Source of the DNA: a virus
Taxonomy: Duplodnaviria > Caudoviricetes
Direction: 5' to 3' (one strand)
Virus record (IMG/VR): IMGVR_UViG_3300043812_000026
DNA: 64,000 nt
Under the pieces are notes generated by a model, which saw nothing but the letters and a program-made list of their open reading frames with translations, was not told the DNA's origin and made no database searches. The position numbers and the translations under genes are program-made. Below are positions 39,866-49,651 of this stretch, one piece after another; position 1 is the stretch's first letter; the number at the start of each line of letters is the position of its first letter.

Positions 39866-39968
39866 TAAACGTAAAAATTCTCCTCTCTATTAATTATTTT
39901 AAAGTAAGAGGAGAATAAATAAATTTAAGTATAGAAAAAGACAGCTACAAATGTAACTGTCTCTTCTC

Positions 39969-40265
39969 TTAATCATATAATGATGATCCGTCTTCCCAAC
40001 AAGACCTATCATCAAAGTCATGACAAATTAAAGAATTATAAGTAATTGTATAAGGCATCTTTTCACCTGTTGCTTTGTTTAATACATATCCATAAACAAA
40101 GTGAGGATAAAGTTTAGTGAAAGTAACTTTAGTTGCAGAGTCTGGAACATAGATATTATGTTCAACAATCAAAGCTTGTTCACCGTTTTCAATATGCTTA
40201 CGTAACTTTTCTTTAATAACACTAACTTGATCAATCAAGCCATTACTTAAATTTGTCATTAGCAC
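39969..40265 (-). CDS. Conserved hypothetical protein
   Basis: ORF between recA region and sigma factor. Confidence 0.65.
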   Translation of the reverse strand: MLMTNLSNGLIDQVSVIKEKLRKHIENGEQALIVEHNIYVPDSATKVTFTKLYPHFVYGYVLNKATGEKMPYTITYNSLICHDFDDRSCWEDGSSLYD

Positions 40266-41400
40266 CGTCCTTTAGCAAATTATATTGTTTCAGTACCTTA
40301 AGTACTTCTCTCTTTAGATCTTCAGTGTAGTGGCTTCCCTTATATGGTATACGTATTAATTGTACACCATGTTTCTTACAAAGAATATCTTTATTTTTAT
40401 CTCTTAATTTATTTTTTATAAGGTTATTATTAAAATAGTTGATATTTTTAGAGTGTTGTAAACCGTCTATCTCTATGGCAATTTTTTTGTCTGGGAAATA
40501 GAAGTCTAAATGTTGGGGGCCTTTATATCGAAGCCACCAAAAATGTTGATGGTATTTATAATTAACCTTTAATTGATCCAACAAGTGTCTTACAATAGGT
40601 TCCGAATTAGTACGACTAGCCGTTCCACATCTATCACATCCATAGCCACTTAATAGATTATTAGGAGTTGTTTCCCATATATGACCACATTTTAAGTGCT
40701 TAATTTCTAACTTAGTAAATCTATTAATATAAGTCCCTAATACTAGATATATCCCGGACCCATATTTTAAGTCTAAATCTTTTTGAAAGTCTGCTGTAGT
40801 TTTTTTATATGCTTTATGTTGTATAGGACATCTATTACCTCTAATAAAGTCCCTAGGGCGCACCCAATATACATATCCACATTTATTATGTTTAATCTTA
40901 ATTTTTGTACCCGAATTTACATAGGTTCCTAATACACTATATTCGTCCCCAGTAAGATCTTTTACTTTTTCCTTAAACCAAGCAGTTGTATGGGTTCTAT
41001 CAGCTCTTGCACACTTTGAACATCTACTACCCGCTAAGAATGATTGAGGATTAACCCAATATACATATCCACATTTATTATGTTTAATCTTAATTTTAGT
41101 GCGAGCATTTTTATAAGGAGTAATAATGGTATACTCATTGCCTACTTCTTGGTAGAATTCTTTAGCATATTCGTCAGCACTTTTTGTTTTAGTCTTTGAA
41201 ATCCTTTTTGGCGCACACTTTGGGCAACGAGTACCATTATAAAAATTAGACGGGAGTACTTGATATACGTATCCACACTTATTGTGCTTTAATGTCACTT
41301 TAGTAGTTCGATTAATATATTCACCAATAAGACTATAATCGTTACCTACTAAATTATATATTTTTTGTTTAAATTCTGCCGTAGTTAGCCTTTTACTCAT
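40243..41400 (-). CDS. Free-standing homing-type endonuclease: four Zn-binding repeats plus Vsr/DUF559-like nuclease
   Basis: 4x Y.N..TK..IKH.KCG..Y...P..F..G.RCP.C; C-terminal LDFY..IAIEIDGLQH..RD..K...C...G..LIRI. Confidence 0.82.
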   Translation of the reverse strand: MSKRLTTAEFKQKIYNLVGNDYSLIGEYINRTTKVTLKHNKCGYVYQVLPSNFYNGTRCPKCAPKRISKTKTKSADEYAKEFYQEVGNEYTIITPYKNARTKIKIKHNKCGYVYWVNPQSFLAGSRCSKCARADRTHTTAWFKEKVKDLTGDEYSVLGTYVNSGTKIKIKHNKCGYVYWVRPRDFIRGNRCPIQHKAYKKTTADFQKDLDLKYGSGIYLVLGTYINRFTKLEIKHLKCGHIWETTPNNLLSGYGCDRCGTASRTNSEPIVRHLLDQLKVNYKYHQHFWWLRYKGPQHLDFYFPDKKIAIEIDGLQHSKNINYFNNNLIKNKLRDKNKDILCKKHGVQLIRIPYKGSHYTEDLKREVLKVLKQYNLLKDGANDKFK

Positions 41401-41449
41401 GGTGTTAATGCAAATATAGCCACAGCTTAGTGTGACTATTTCCTTTCTA

Positions 41450-42700
41450 TTAAATTAAGTCCTTAACTTCATTAGCAATATCATCTGGAATATTACCTGC
41501 TTGTAGTTCTTCTTTAAAGTGCTTGTAATTATAGTGTTGCTGTTCTTCGGGTAATTGTTCTTGTTGTTGTACATAGTAAGCACGTAAGCCTTTAATCATA
41601 GGGAAGTCTTGTTCGTGCATGAATAGGCTTGTGTTAAATAAAGGTGGGTAGCACTTAGGGAAATACATTAGTAATAAACGTTGCCAGATTTCATCTCTAA
41701 TGGCTTGGTTTTCTGGTTTCTTTAACTTTTGTACTAAGTTATATACATTACTACCCTTAATTTCGTCCCCATTATCGTTAACATACTTAGGAGAACGTCC
41801 CGTAGTAATAAGGCCATTTTCTTGGGCAGAGTTTACTAAGTTATATTCAAAGTCATAACCAGACTCACCGATAATACACATGGTAAAGTCAGAACCCCAG
41901 TTATCACCGACTTTGGACTTAACAACCTTAACTCTAGTAGTAGTACCAATTGGCTCCGTATCTGTAGATTTAGCTTTAAGCTTACCAGATTGGGCAAGAC
42001 TAATATTAGTAGATAAAAGGTGTTCCCACCCTTTACCCCCTACAGTTTTAACAGAAGCATAACGGGGATTCATAGCATTAAAATCATCACGTGCTTGATT
42101 AATCGCCAGTAAAGTACCATTGTTATGAATAAGGTTAACCTGTAGCTTACGTCCTACAGTCGCAAGAGCCTTAGCTTGTTGTCCCACTACTTGATTACCT
42201 AATTCGGTATTAGTTTGCATTTCAGAGTCTGAGATAGCGACACTATCCCAGATAAACAATACTTGTTGGTTAGGATCAGCTTCATAAACCTTAGCTAGTG
42301 TATCAATAATAGTCTTACCAATTTCTTCAATAGATAATTCTTGCATGGTCCCATCTTTTTTACGGGTAGTGGTATATGTAAGAACTTTAGAAGTATCGAC
42401 ACCAAGAGCTTCAAGACGAGAATTATTTTGTGTACCTTCTAAGTCAAAGTAAACTACAATGGCTCCCATCTTAATTGCATTTTTCATAACATTGCCAGAG
42501 AAGGTACTTTTACCAGACGAGGGTTTCCCGAAAGCTTGAGAAACTCTACCGGAAGCTGGAACACCACCTACCATATTATAATCAAAGACAGGGATTAAAG
42601 TTGGGTACCAGTCCATAATTTCACCACTGTCCGTTTGGTTAAAGGTAGTGAGCTTAGGATCTTTATTAAGTTCTCCAATAATATCAGTAATTTTAGACAA
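41450..42700 (-). CDS. recA: RecA/UvsX-like recombinase
   Basis: GKPSSGKST Walker A, IWDSVA, INQARD, GGKGWEH, KVVKSKV. Confidence 0.9.
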   Translation of the reverse strand: MSKITDIIGELNKDPKLTTFNQTDSGEIMDWYPTLIPVFDYNMVGGVPASGRVSQAFGKPSSGKSTFSGNVMKNAIKMGAIVVYFDLEGTQNNSRLEALGVDTSKVLTYTTTRKKDGTMQELSIEEIGKTIIDTLAKVYEADPNQQVLFIWDSVAISDSEMQTNTELGNQVVGQQAKALATVGRKLQVNLIHNNGTLLAINQARDDFNAMNPRYASVKTVGGKGWEHLLSTNISLAQSGKLKAKSTDTEPIGTTTRVKVVKSKVGDNWGSDFTMCIIGESGYDFEYNLVNSAQENGLITTGRSPKYVNDNGDEIKGSNVYNLVQKLKKPENQAIRDEIWQRLLLMYFPKCYPPLFNTSLFMHEQDFPMIKGLRAYYVQQQEQLPEEQQHYNYKHFKEELQAGNIPDDIANEVKDLI

Positions 42701-42715
42701 AGCAATCTCTCCTTA

Positions 42716-44086
42716 TTACTTTAAGTTGGCTAAGAATGAGTCAACATCAGAACTAGCGTTTAAGTTAGCTAATGGATCTGGTGTTGTATTCATTTGTGGT
42801 TGTTGGGTAGGGGTAGTTGGTTGTACTGGAGCTTGACTAGCTGGTGCAGGTTCTTGCATATCAGCAGAGTTAGGGAAAGGCATACTCAAATCGCTCTCTG
42901 GAGTGTCTGTAGTAGGTTGTGAGAATGGATTAGTGAAATCCCCTTGTTCTGGTGTAGAAGAGCTTACAGGAGCTTGTGTTGATTGTGGTGCTGGTTGTGC
43001 TGGGGCTGTAGGTTGAGTAAAGTTAGAAGCAGGCTGACCAGTCATGTTAGCAACAACATCTACCTTTTGGGCTTGAGGTTGAGTAGGTGCAGTAGGTTGT
43101 GTGTTATTCATAGGTGCTTGTGGAGCTGGTTGACCAGTCGTAGGGGCTTGATTATTAGCAGGAGCAGTAGATGTTTGATTTTGATTAGGGAATGGCAAAT
43201 CACTTGCGCCTACTTGTGGAGCTTGATTAAAGCTAGCACCTGTAGCATATGGGTTAGAACTTACTTGAGCCATTTGTGTGTTGTAGGATTGGGTAAGTTG
43301 CTTAAGGACGATTTGGTAGAAGTTAGGATCGGATTCAATTAAAGGCTTAGCTTCCTTTTCAATATCATCTACATACTTCATATTACCTTGAGCATCACGT
43401 TCTAAGTAGTTAAAGTTCATAGCAGGTAAGATCATAGCTTGGTTAACACTAGCATTCCAACTACCTACACCACCATTAGGAGCGTCAACAAACTTAGCGC
43501 TAACAGGCATTGTTTCTTTAGCAGTCATGAATTGTGCTTGGTCAGTAAACATTGGTTGACCAGTCCGTGCATTCATATAAGGCATTTCTGGAGTAAGCAA
43601 GGAAGAAATAGCATACATACCAGAGTAGCTAATTTGATAAGCTTCTACAGCAGGGCGACCTTGGTTATCTACCGCTTGAGCATAAGTACCATTTTGGTTA
43701 GTAACGGGAACACCAAGAAAGTAAGCACGTGTACGAACAGATAGTGGGAAACGTCCAGAAGCTAATTTAATAGTATCTACTGCATAACCTTTTTCGTCCT
43801 TAGCACCTTTGTCTTTATTGAATTGAATAACCGTATTAAGAAGTTTAGCTAATTGATCATTTTGATTGCTAGGGTCAATAATTACTGGTAAGGCTGTAAC
43901 ACTGCCATCTTTCTTAGTAAAGCTAACCCATGCTTCACGGAATTGAACAAACGGAAATCCTCCGTTTTCTAATGGTAAGATACGACCAAAAAATGCTTGC
44001 TTTTTGCCAAGGGTAGTAGGACGAAAGTTGTTTTCGTTGCTGTTTGAGTTAAGTTGGTTAATTGCGTCTGCGAAATTCATTGCCAT
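42716..44086 (-). CDS. Putative single-stranded DNA-binding protein with long Pro/Gln/Ala-rich tail
   Basis: GRILP N-terminal motif, low-complexity linker, DVDSFLANL end; synteny upstream of recA. Confidence 0.7.
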   Translation of the reverse strand: MAMNFADAINQLNSNSNENNFRPTTLGKKQAFFGRILPLENGGFPFVQFREAWVSFTKKDGSVTALPVIIDPSNQNDQLAKLLNTVIQFNKDKGAKDEKGYAVDTIKLASGRFPLSVRTRAYFLGVPVTNQNGTYAQAVDNQGRPAVEAYQISYSGMYAISSLLTPEMPYMNARTGQPMFTDQAQFMTAKETMPVSAKFVDAPNGGVGSWNASVNQAMILPAMNFNYLERDAQGNMKYVDDIEKEAKPLIESDPNFYQIVLKQLTQSYNTQMAQVSSNPYATGASFNQAPQVGASDLPFPNQNQTSTAPANNQAPTTGQPAPQAPMNNTQPTAPTQPQAQKVDVVANMTGQPASNFTQPTAPAQPAPQSTQAPVSSSTPEQGDFTNPFSQPTTDTPESDLSMPFPNSADMQEPAPASQAPVQPTTPTQQPQMNTTPDPLANLNASSDVDSFLANLK

Positions 44087-44343
44087 TAGTTGTTTCCTCC
44101 GTTGTTCTTTTCTTCTGTATCATCTTCATTTAAGGTGTCATACATAGCACCAATAGTTTCTAGTAGTCCTTTTTTAGAAAGACCATAACGTTGCATAGTG
44201 TTTACAAAGCCTACTGTAAAGTCACTTAGCATATCACTAGCATTTTTACCCTGTTTAGGGTAATCTTCAAACAAAACATTAGTTAGAAGATTGCCCTTAT
44301 TGTCGTCTTTACTAACAACGACAATTCTGCGTTCTTTTTCCAT
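44086..44343 (-). CDS. Hypothetical protein
   Basis: SD AAGGAG; translational coupling. Confidence 0.65.
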   Translation of the reverse strand: MEKERRIVVVSKDDNKGNLLTNVLFEDYPKQGKNASDMLSDFTVGFVNTMQRYGLSKKGLLETIGAMYDTLNEDDTEEKNNGGNN

Positions 44344-45053
44344 TAGGCTACTCCTTTCACTCGTTTATCATGCAGTCGGTTAAACTCATTAAGACTTAAT
44401 TTTCCTAGGTTAACAAGCTCATTTTCAATCTTATCTAAGACCATGTTTTTATCATCTACATTATTAACAAAATCTACATTATCTAAATCTAATTTGAGAA
44501 CTGGAGTATTACCATAAGAGTTATACCAGTCTCGGTAGATGTTCCATACAGACTTATAATACTCTGTTAGCTTAGGGTCTGTAGTTTCCATTTCCCGCCC
44601 ACGTTTAGCAATATTACTCAACATTTGTTCAAATGGTGCTTCGAGATAGATAATTAAATCTGGACCCATGAAAGGATGACCTGCTACGTTACGTTGCATA
44701 ATATTATTAAGACGTAAGTAGTCCTTATAAAGAATCTCTGGGAATTCACCACGATTATAAAGGTTATGACTCATAATCCCGTCACTAATAAGCGAAGAAT
44801 CATAGACAGTATTTGTAATACCTTCTAGTCCTAAATGAACACCTTCCATAAGTTGCTCATATCGGTAATCCAGAAATTCAATCTGAACTACGAATGATTT
44901 AAGCTCTCGTGAAATCTTACCATCCTCATAAAAACTATTTAATAATGGAATCTTTTCGGGTTCTTCTAAAAATGCAGGTGTACCTAAATCCTTAGATAAA
45001 ATCTTAGCTAAACTTGTCTTACCGATACCGATCGGTGCGTTAATATAAATAAT
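44343..45053 (-). CDS. Deoxynucleoside kinase (dNK), probable ATT start
   Basis: Frame stays open upstream of the ORF-track start and contains P-loop APIGIGKTS, FLEEP, FYED, QIEFLDYRYEQ; then PDLIIYL and IAKRGREME. Confidence 0.88.
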   Translation of the reverse strand: MIYINAPIGIGKTSLAKILSKDLGTPAFLEEPEKIPLLNSFYEDGKISRELKSFVVQIEFLDYRYEQLMEGVHLGLEGITNTVYDSSLISDGIMSHNLYNRGEFPEILYKDYLRLNNIMQRNVAGHPFMGPDLIIYLEAPFEQMLSNIAKRGREMETTDPKLTEYYKSVWNIYRDWYNSYGNTPVLKLDLDNVDFVNNVDDKNMVLDKIENELVNLGKLSLNEFNRLHDKRVKGVA

Positions 45054-45092
45054 TAAAATCCACTCCCTGTTTCTAATACAAGATATTACCTG

Positions 45093-45650
45093 TTATTTAT
45101 TTTCAAGACTAATTATAAACAATACATAGTAGCCTAACAAGTCTTGTATAGTATCTGCGAGTGATTCATCTTTTACTTTGACTGTTTTGTTACTATTAAT
45201 TAGATTATCTAGTCGATTACACTTGTCTAAAATTCGCACTGAAAACGCTGGAATAGCACCTAGAATATCTGCCACCTTTTGATAGCTAGAACCATAATCA
45301 TGGTTCTTCTTAATTAGTAGCTTTTTAGTAGCAGTAGTAATAGTGCTTAAAGCCTCTACAAAGGTGGAGTTATCACTATCTGGTAAAACGCCCTCGTAGG
45401 CTAGGGCATAAATAAATCCTCGGGAACAATAATCTTTAATCATTTCAACCTGTTGATATTCTTTAAAAGTATCTTGTTGAAGATCTCGCACTAGGGTTTT
45501 ACCTTCTTCACTTATTAACTTAGCAACTAGATTATCAACATTTCCTACATGACGATTAAGCACTAACTGTTCAGAGTCTTTTAAATCTAGGGTTAAATTA
45601 TAAATATTATTACAAATATCTTTTACTTTAGTTTCAAAATTATTAGCCAT
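45093..45650 (-). CDS. DUF1599 / nucleotide-modification-associated domain protein
   Basis: KKNHDYGSS..RILDK.NRL..DESLADTIQDLLGY. Confidence 0.8.
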   Translation of the reverse strand: MANNFETKVKDICNNIYNLTLDLKDSEQLVLNRHVGNVDNLVAKLISEEGKTLVRDLQQDTFKEYQQVEMIKDYCSRGFIYALAYEGVLPDSDNSTFVEALSTITTATKKLLIKKNHDYGSSYQKVADILGAIPAFSVRILDKCNRLDNLINSNKTVKVKDESLADTIQDLLGYYVLFIISLENK

Positions 45651-46134
45651 TAAATCCTCCTTGTGGGATCATTTTTTGCTGTTGTCGTTGGTTAGCACTA
45701 ATGCTTTGCATCATATCAGCTTTATTTTCAATTGCCTTGGTTAACCAGTTAAGACATCTAAATTGATAATCAGCTAGATTTCGTTGCTTATTCAATTCAA
45801 CATATTTAGGATCAGATTGAATTGCCGTAGCAAGCATAGACTCGGGTGGTTTACGCCCGCCATTAAACTTTTTAAGGCTTTCATCTTGCACGTATTGGAT
45901 ATATAGAGTTCCCTTTAGAGCATCTAATTGTGTATCTAAGTCTTTAGCCTCTAATCGTTTACGCTCTGCAAGTCTAGCCACTAAGTAATAGATATTGGGG
46001 TTGTTTTGCATTTCTTCAACTAATTTATTAGTATCAAAATTAAGAATTTGTTCTGGTACTAAAGTTTTAAGTTCCCCATTCATGTCTACATATTGTAGAG
46101 GACGCAGGGCATCCTTGATAATATCCGCTGTCAT
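45643..46134 (-). CDS. UvsY-like recombination mediator (putative)
   Basis: Helical; I.SDPKY..L...A.E.K.DM.QSI pattern; synteny. Confidence 0.6.
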   Translation of the reverse strand: MTADIIKDALRPLQYVDMNGELKTLVPEQILNFDTNKLVEEMQNNPNIYYLVARLAERKRLEAKDLDTQLDALKGTLYIQYVQDESLKKFNGGRKPPESMLATAIQSDPKYVELNKQRNLADYQFRCLNWLTKAIENKADMMQSISANQRQQQKMIPQGGFNG

Positions 46135-46136
46135 AT

Positions 46137-46427
46137 TTACACTTCCTCTCCTTCATCCGCATAGCTAATTAAGCAACCATTACGATAATAAGTATTCTGT
46201 TTACTTAAAGCATAACGAATGCTAGATTCTGGAACGTTAATATAACGAGCAGTTTCTCGAATACTAGGATAATAGAAGTCTTGTCCTTGAAACGTTACCT
46301 TAACTTTCTTAGGGTTGTTCTTTTCACCATATGGAATAGGGGCAGTTTGTGCTTTAACCCATTCCATTACTTTATCTAATTTAGATTGAGCAATCTTGAA
46401 TTCTTGCATTACTGCGCACTCATTCAT
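46137..46427 (-). CDS. Small protein with NUMOD1-like HTH
   Basis: YPSIRETARYINV..SSIRYAL; start MNECAV follows AAGGAAG. Confidence 0.6.
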   Translation of the reverse strand: MNECAVMQEFKIAQSKLDKVMEWVKAQTAPIPYGEKNNPKKVKVTFQGQDFYYPSIRETARYINVPESSIRYALSKQNTYYRNGCLISYADEGEEV

Positions 46428-46557
46428 GTGTCTGTCTTCCTTTCTGCCCAAAGGTTTACGCATTTCTGCGCATCTAATCTTGCGCACCTCTTATTATGAA
46501 CTAAAAGTGTAAGGATTGCAATAGAAAAATAAAAAAAGACAGGCTAAATTAACCCGT

Positions 46558-46872
46558 CTAGTATTGGTGGCTATCTTCTATTTCTTTTAATTGCTTAAGA
46601 GCTTTAAACTTAAACCGAAGTCTTTTTGGTACTGTTACATACTTAGAACCTTTACCCATTCCTCGGTAGTGTTTGTGACTAGGGCGAATAGTAGGTTCGA
46701 TAATAAACAACTTACCAATTTTAATTCGTTGTTCTGTGTCTAAACCATAGGCAATTACTTCTGATTGAAGATTTAATACCTTTTGTATGTCTTTTAATTT
46801 TAAGCTAGGATCTCTGAATTTAATTAGCCTAGCTAAATCTGTTGTATTAAGTGTTTCCACGTCTTTTTTCAT
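46558..46872 (-). CDS. HU/IHF-like DNA-binding protein
   Basis: IKIGKLF....RP......VP.R....FKA.KQLK. Confidence 0.8.
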   Translation of the reverse strand: MKKDVETLNTTDLARLIKFRDPSLKLKDIQKVLNLQSEVIAYGLDTEQRIKIGKLFIIEPTIRPSHKHYRGMGKGSKYVTVPKRLRFKFKALKQLKEIEDSHQY

Positions 46873-46917
46873 TTTAGTTTGTCCTTATAACATATTAGAC
46901 AACGAATGATATAAGGT

Positions 46918-47529
46918 CTATTTATATTTCTTAATTAAGTACTTACTTAGTTTTTGGTGTTCTGCTTCACTAGAGTAACTAAGATATAGCTGAATAGTCC
47001 AGCGGGCTAGAATTTCATGTAGAGTATCAAAATAAGCCTCTTTTAAGTCTTGAGTAGCGTCATCGTTAAATTCAAGATAAACCCGATCTGCAATGAATCT
47101 AGCATCTTCTATATCAAATAGCAAAGGAGTAATCCTTGTATCTTCTGTAATGTTTGGTACATAAATAGCAGTAGTCCCAACCTCAGAAGCAGTGTTCATA
47201 TTATCTAATTCTGCTTGGCTAAAGTTATGAAGTCGGTACATATAAATAGCTTTTCGATTAGATCCAATAGCTAAAAAGACGCTCATTGGAATTAAGTCAT
47301 TAGTAACATAAATGATATGGTCTTGACTCTTATATACTTTATGGTTAAGCAATAAGTCGTCACTTGTACCATCAATTACGTAATAGTGTTCTTGATCGTC
47401 ATTTAGACAAGCTAAGACTTTCTCCTTGTTTTTAGCATTAACTTTTACATAATCACGTTTCTTATCATAAAAGTTTAGGTTTAATACCCGAAAAGTATTA
47501 TCAATATTTAATTGTCTTTGTAAACGCAA
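46918..47529 (-). CDS. Hypothetical protein
   Basis: ORF in operon. Confidence 0.65.
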   Translation of the reverse strand: MRLQRQLNIDNTFRVLNLNFYDKKRDYVKVNAKNKEKVLACLNDDQEHYYVIDGTSDDLLLNHKVYKSQDHIIYVTNDLIPMSVFLAIGSNRKAIYMYRLHNFSQAELDNMNTASEVGTTAIYVPNITEDTRITPLLFDIEDARFIADRVYLEFNDDATQDLKEAYFDTLHEILARWTIQLYLSYSSEAEHQKLSKYLIKKYK

Positions 47530-47534
47530 TTTAA

Positions 47535-48179
47535 TTAAACCTCGTCAATTAATTTATTTAAATCCACTTCTTTATGCTTTACCTCATGAGTATTTAGGCT
47601 ATCCCAGTTAAAACTTTTATATTGTTGATACATAAACTCTGGGTCTAGGCTCATAAAGTTATCTAAAGTGGTAACAATCATATTATACCGATTAACGGTC
47701 TCTGTACGCTCTTGTGTATAGCTAATCATTGTAGCCAATACATTATCATGGTCTTTAGCTAAAACTTGATATACACTTGCTTTGAAAGGAAATAGAGCAT
47801 AGTCATTTTCTCGCTTAATATGAATAATTAAACATGGTACTGTATGACCAACCCCACCTAATCTGCTAGAGTCTGTAGTTACCTGTTCCATAAAACTAGG
47901 AATTTCACCATTAGAATTAAAGAATTGAGTAAACTTAACAGAGTCATGATTCTTTAGTTCATAATTAAAGATACTCATTGGGTGATCTGCTGGAAAGAAT
48001 AAATCACCAACAAAACCCATATTCCCTGTTTGATCAGAATGGTTGTACTGGGTTTCAATTCCTCTTGTTGCCCCAGAATAAGCAGTACGACTTACATTAG
48101 TCTTATAGTGTAATGAAAACTTTTTAGCTACTTTTCTTTCGAAGACCTTGCCTTTAGATTGTTTTCCCCTACCGTCCAT
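47535..48179 (-). CDS. Holliday junction resolvase (Hjc-like PD-(D/E)XK)
   Basis: SKGKVFERKVAK, SGA, GDL, YELKN. Confidence 0.85.
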   Translation of the reverse strand: MDGRGKQSKGKVFERKVAKKFSLHYKTNVSRTAYSGATRGIETQYNHSDQTGNMGFVGDLFFPADHPMSIFNYELKNHDSVKFTQFFNSNGEIPSFMEQVTTDSSRLGGVGHTVPCLIIHIKRENDYALFPFKASVYQVLAKDHDNVLATMISYTQERTETVNRYNMIVTTLDNFMSLDPEFMYQQYKSFNWDSLNTHEVKHKEVDLNKLIDEV

Positions 48180-48253
48180 TTATTATCACCTATTTGTAAT
48201 ATAGTTTTGTTTCTTTAATGAAAAAGACTAACATAATTGTTAGCCTAATCATA

Positions 48254-48943
48254 TTAATCATACATCATTTTTAAGTTATTAAATAGCTTGACTTTTTCTC
48301 TTACGTCTGGATCATAGATTGCCCGTTGAGTAATAAGTGGATCAAGATGACTAATGTAAGTCTTGTTTTCCTTATAAGACTTTTTAGCTAGTTTATTTAA
48401 CTTCATAAATTGGTCTTGCTTATCCTTATTAGTATCAATATCTTCGGACTCGGCTAGATCTCTTAATTGCTTAATAACCTTTAATTTAATTAAAGCTGGT
48501 TCTTTCTTAAACATATAAAGATGATCCTCGTCTTCGTCTTTAACAACTAAAATACCTAATTTGTCCTCTTTTACTAATTTAGCCATGTAAGAGTCATAAT
48601 CAATTTCATCTTTTAAGTTATTGCTTACACTTTCTAGTCCCTCAAGACCTAATACAAAAGATCGAACAACACTCTTAAATAGGGCTGAATTTAATTCCTT
48701 ATCATACATAACAACACTAATCTTCTGATCTTGAATATTAACAAAAGATTCTTCAAAAACGTTAACTAATTCAGCTTGATTATCTGCTACGTCACTTTCT
48801 GAAATTCCAGCTAAAGGAGCTAAGCCAAACTCTTTATTTAAAGTCTTTACTGTATATACAGTTACATTTCCTGTATTAACAGCTTTCTTTAATTGAGTAA
48901 AGCCAACCTCACCTAAAGCCTTTTTAAGGTCTGCTACACTCAT
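48254..48943 (-). CDS. Hypothetical protein
   Basis: ORF in operon. Confidence 0.65.
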   Translation of the reverse strand: MSVADLKKALGEVGFTQLKKAVNTGNVTVYTVKTLNKEFGLAPLAGISESDVADNQAELVNVFEESFVNIQDQKISVVMYDKELNSALFKSVVRSFVLGLEGLESVSNNLKDEIDYDSYMAKLVKEDKLGILVVKDEDEDHLYMFKKEPALIKLKVIKQLRDLAESEDIDTNKDKQDQFMKLNKLAKKSYKENKTYISHLDPLITQRAIYDPDVREKVKLFNNLKMMYD

Positions 48944-49323
48944 TACTTACCTTCCTTTAAGTCTGCTACTTGTTGCTTGAATGATTCCTGCATCTTTTCA
49001 CTAGCTTTACGGTTAGCCTTATCCAATTCCTTATGAGCATCCGCCCAGATCTTATCAATTGTCTTTTCATCTAAGCCATTCTTTTGCATTGACTTATCTA
49101 ACGCAATTGCAGTTAAACTAGCCCGTTGATTAATTGCAGATAATTGTTGACTAAGTGGTGAATTAACAAGATCGATTACATCTAATACTTCTTCCATTGT
49201 TAAGCGCTTCTTGAGCAAGGTTTCAGCACTAGTCTGTTCTAACTTAGTCATTGGCATTGGTAGTTGTTTATGAACCTTAATTGCATTTAGAATTTGTACT
49301 TTACTTAGAGCTGATTTTACCAT
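48943..49323 (-). CDS. Hypothetical protein
   Basis: SD GGAGG favours start MVKSA at 49323. Confidence 0.65.
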   Translation of the reverse strand: MVKSALSKVQILNAIKVHKQLPMPMTKLEQTSAETLLKKRLTMEEVLDVIDLVNSPLSQQLSAINQRASLTAIALDKSMQKNGLDEKTIDKIWADAHKELDKANRKASEKMQESFKQQVADLKEGK

Positions 49324-49651
49324 TATTTTCTTCCTCCCAAATTTGTTGAGCAATTCTGCTTACTTCATTTAATTCTTTTTCACTAATAATATGTTTTTTA
49401 ACTAATAAAGTAGCTAGACTAGAAAACAAGTCCGCAGTATAGTTATTAGCTTGCTGGGCTTCACCCGTTACTTTATTAGCTAAATCTTTTAATGCTTCAT
49501 AGGCTTCCTTATAGGAAACAGGGTCATTATTATGCTGAGTAACCGTTTCTGTTGGTAGCTTACCATCTTGTTTAACTAATTCCATTAACCGGATATAATC
49601 TTGAAAACTTAGTGTACTTAAGTTTCTTACATCTGGTAAGTCTCTTTTCAC
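49301..49651 (-). CDS. Hypothetical protein
   Basis: GTGA overlap with primase stop. Confidence 0.65.
   Translation of the reverse strand: MKRDLPDVRNLSTLSFQDYIRLMELVKQDGKLPTETVTQHNNDPVSYKEAYEALKDLANKVTGEAQQANNYTADLFSSLATLLVKKHIISEKELNEVSRIAQQIWEEENNGKISSK

Noticed and set aside
40243-41450. Intron-encoded endonuclease within recA
   Set aside because: recA is complete with its own stop and there is no flanking non-coding space for an intron core
42716-43300. Repeat-encoded or diversifying region in the SSB tail
   Set aside because: Ordinary Pro/Gln/Ala/Thr low-complexity linker with no exact nucleotide repeats and no reverse transcriptase nearby
45093-45650. DNA hypermodification system
   Set aside because: A DUF1599 gene next to dNK is suggestive, but no modifying enzymes (thymidylate synthase homolog, glycosyltransferase, deazaguanine genes) are seen in this window
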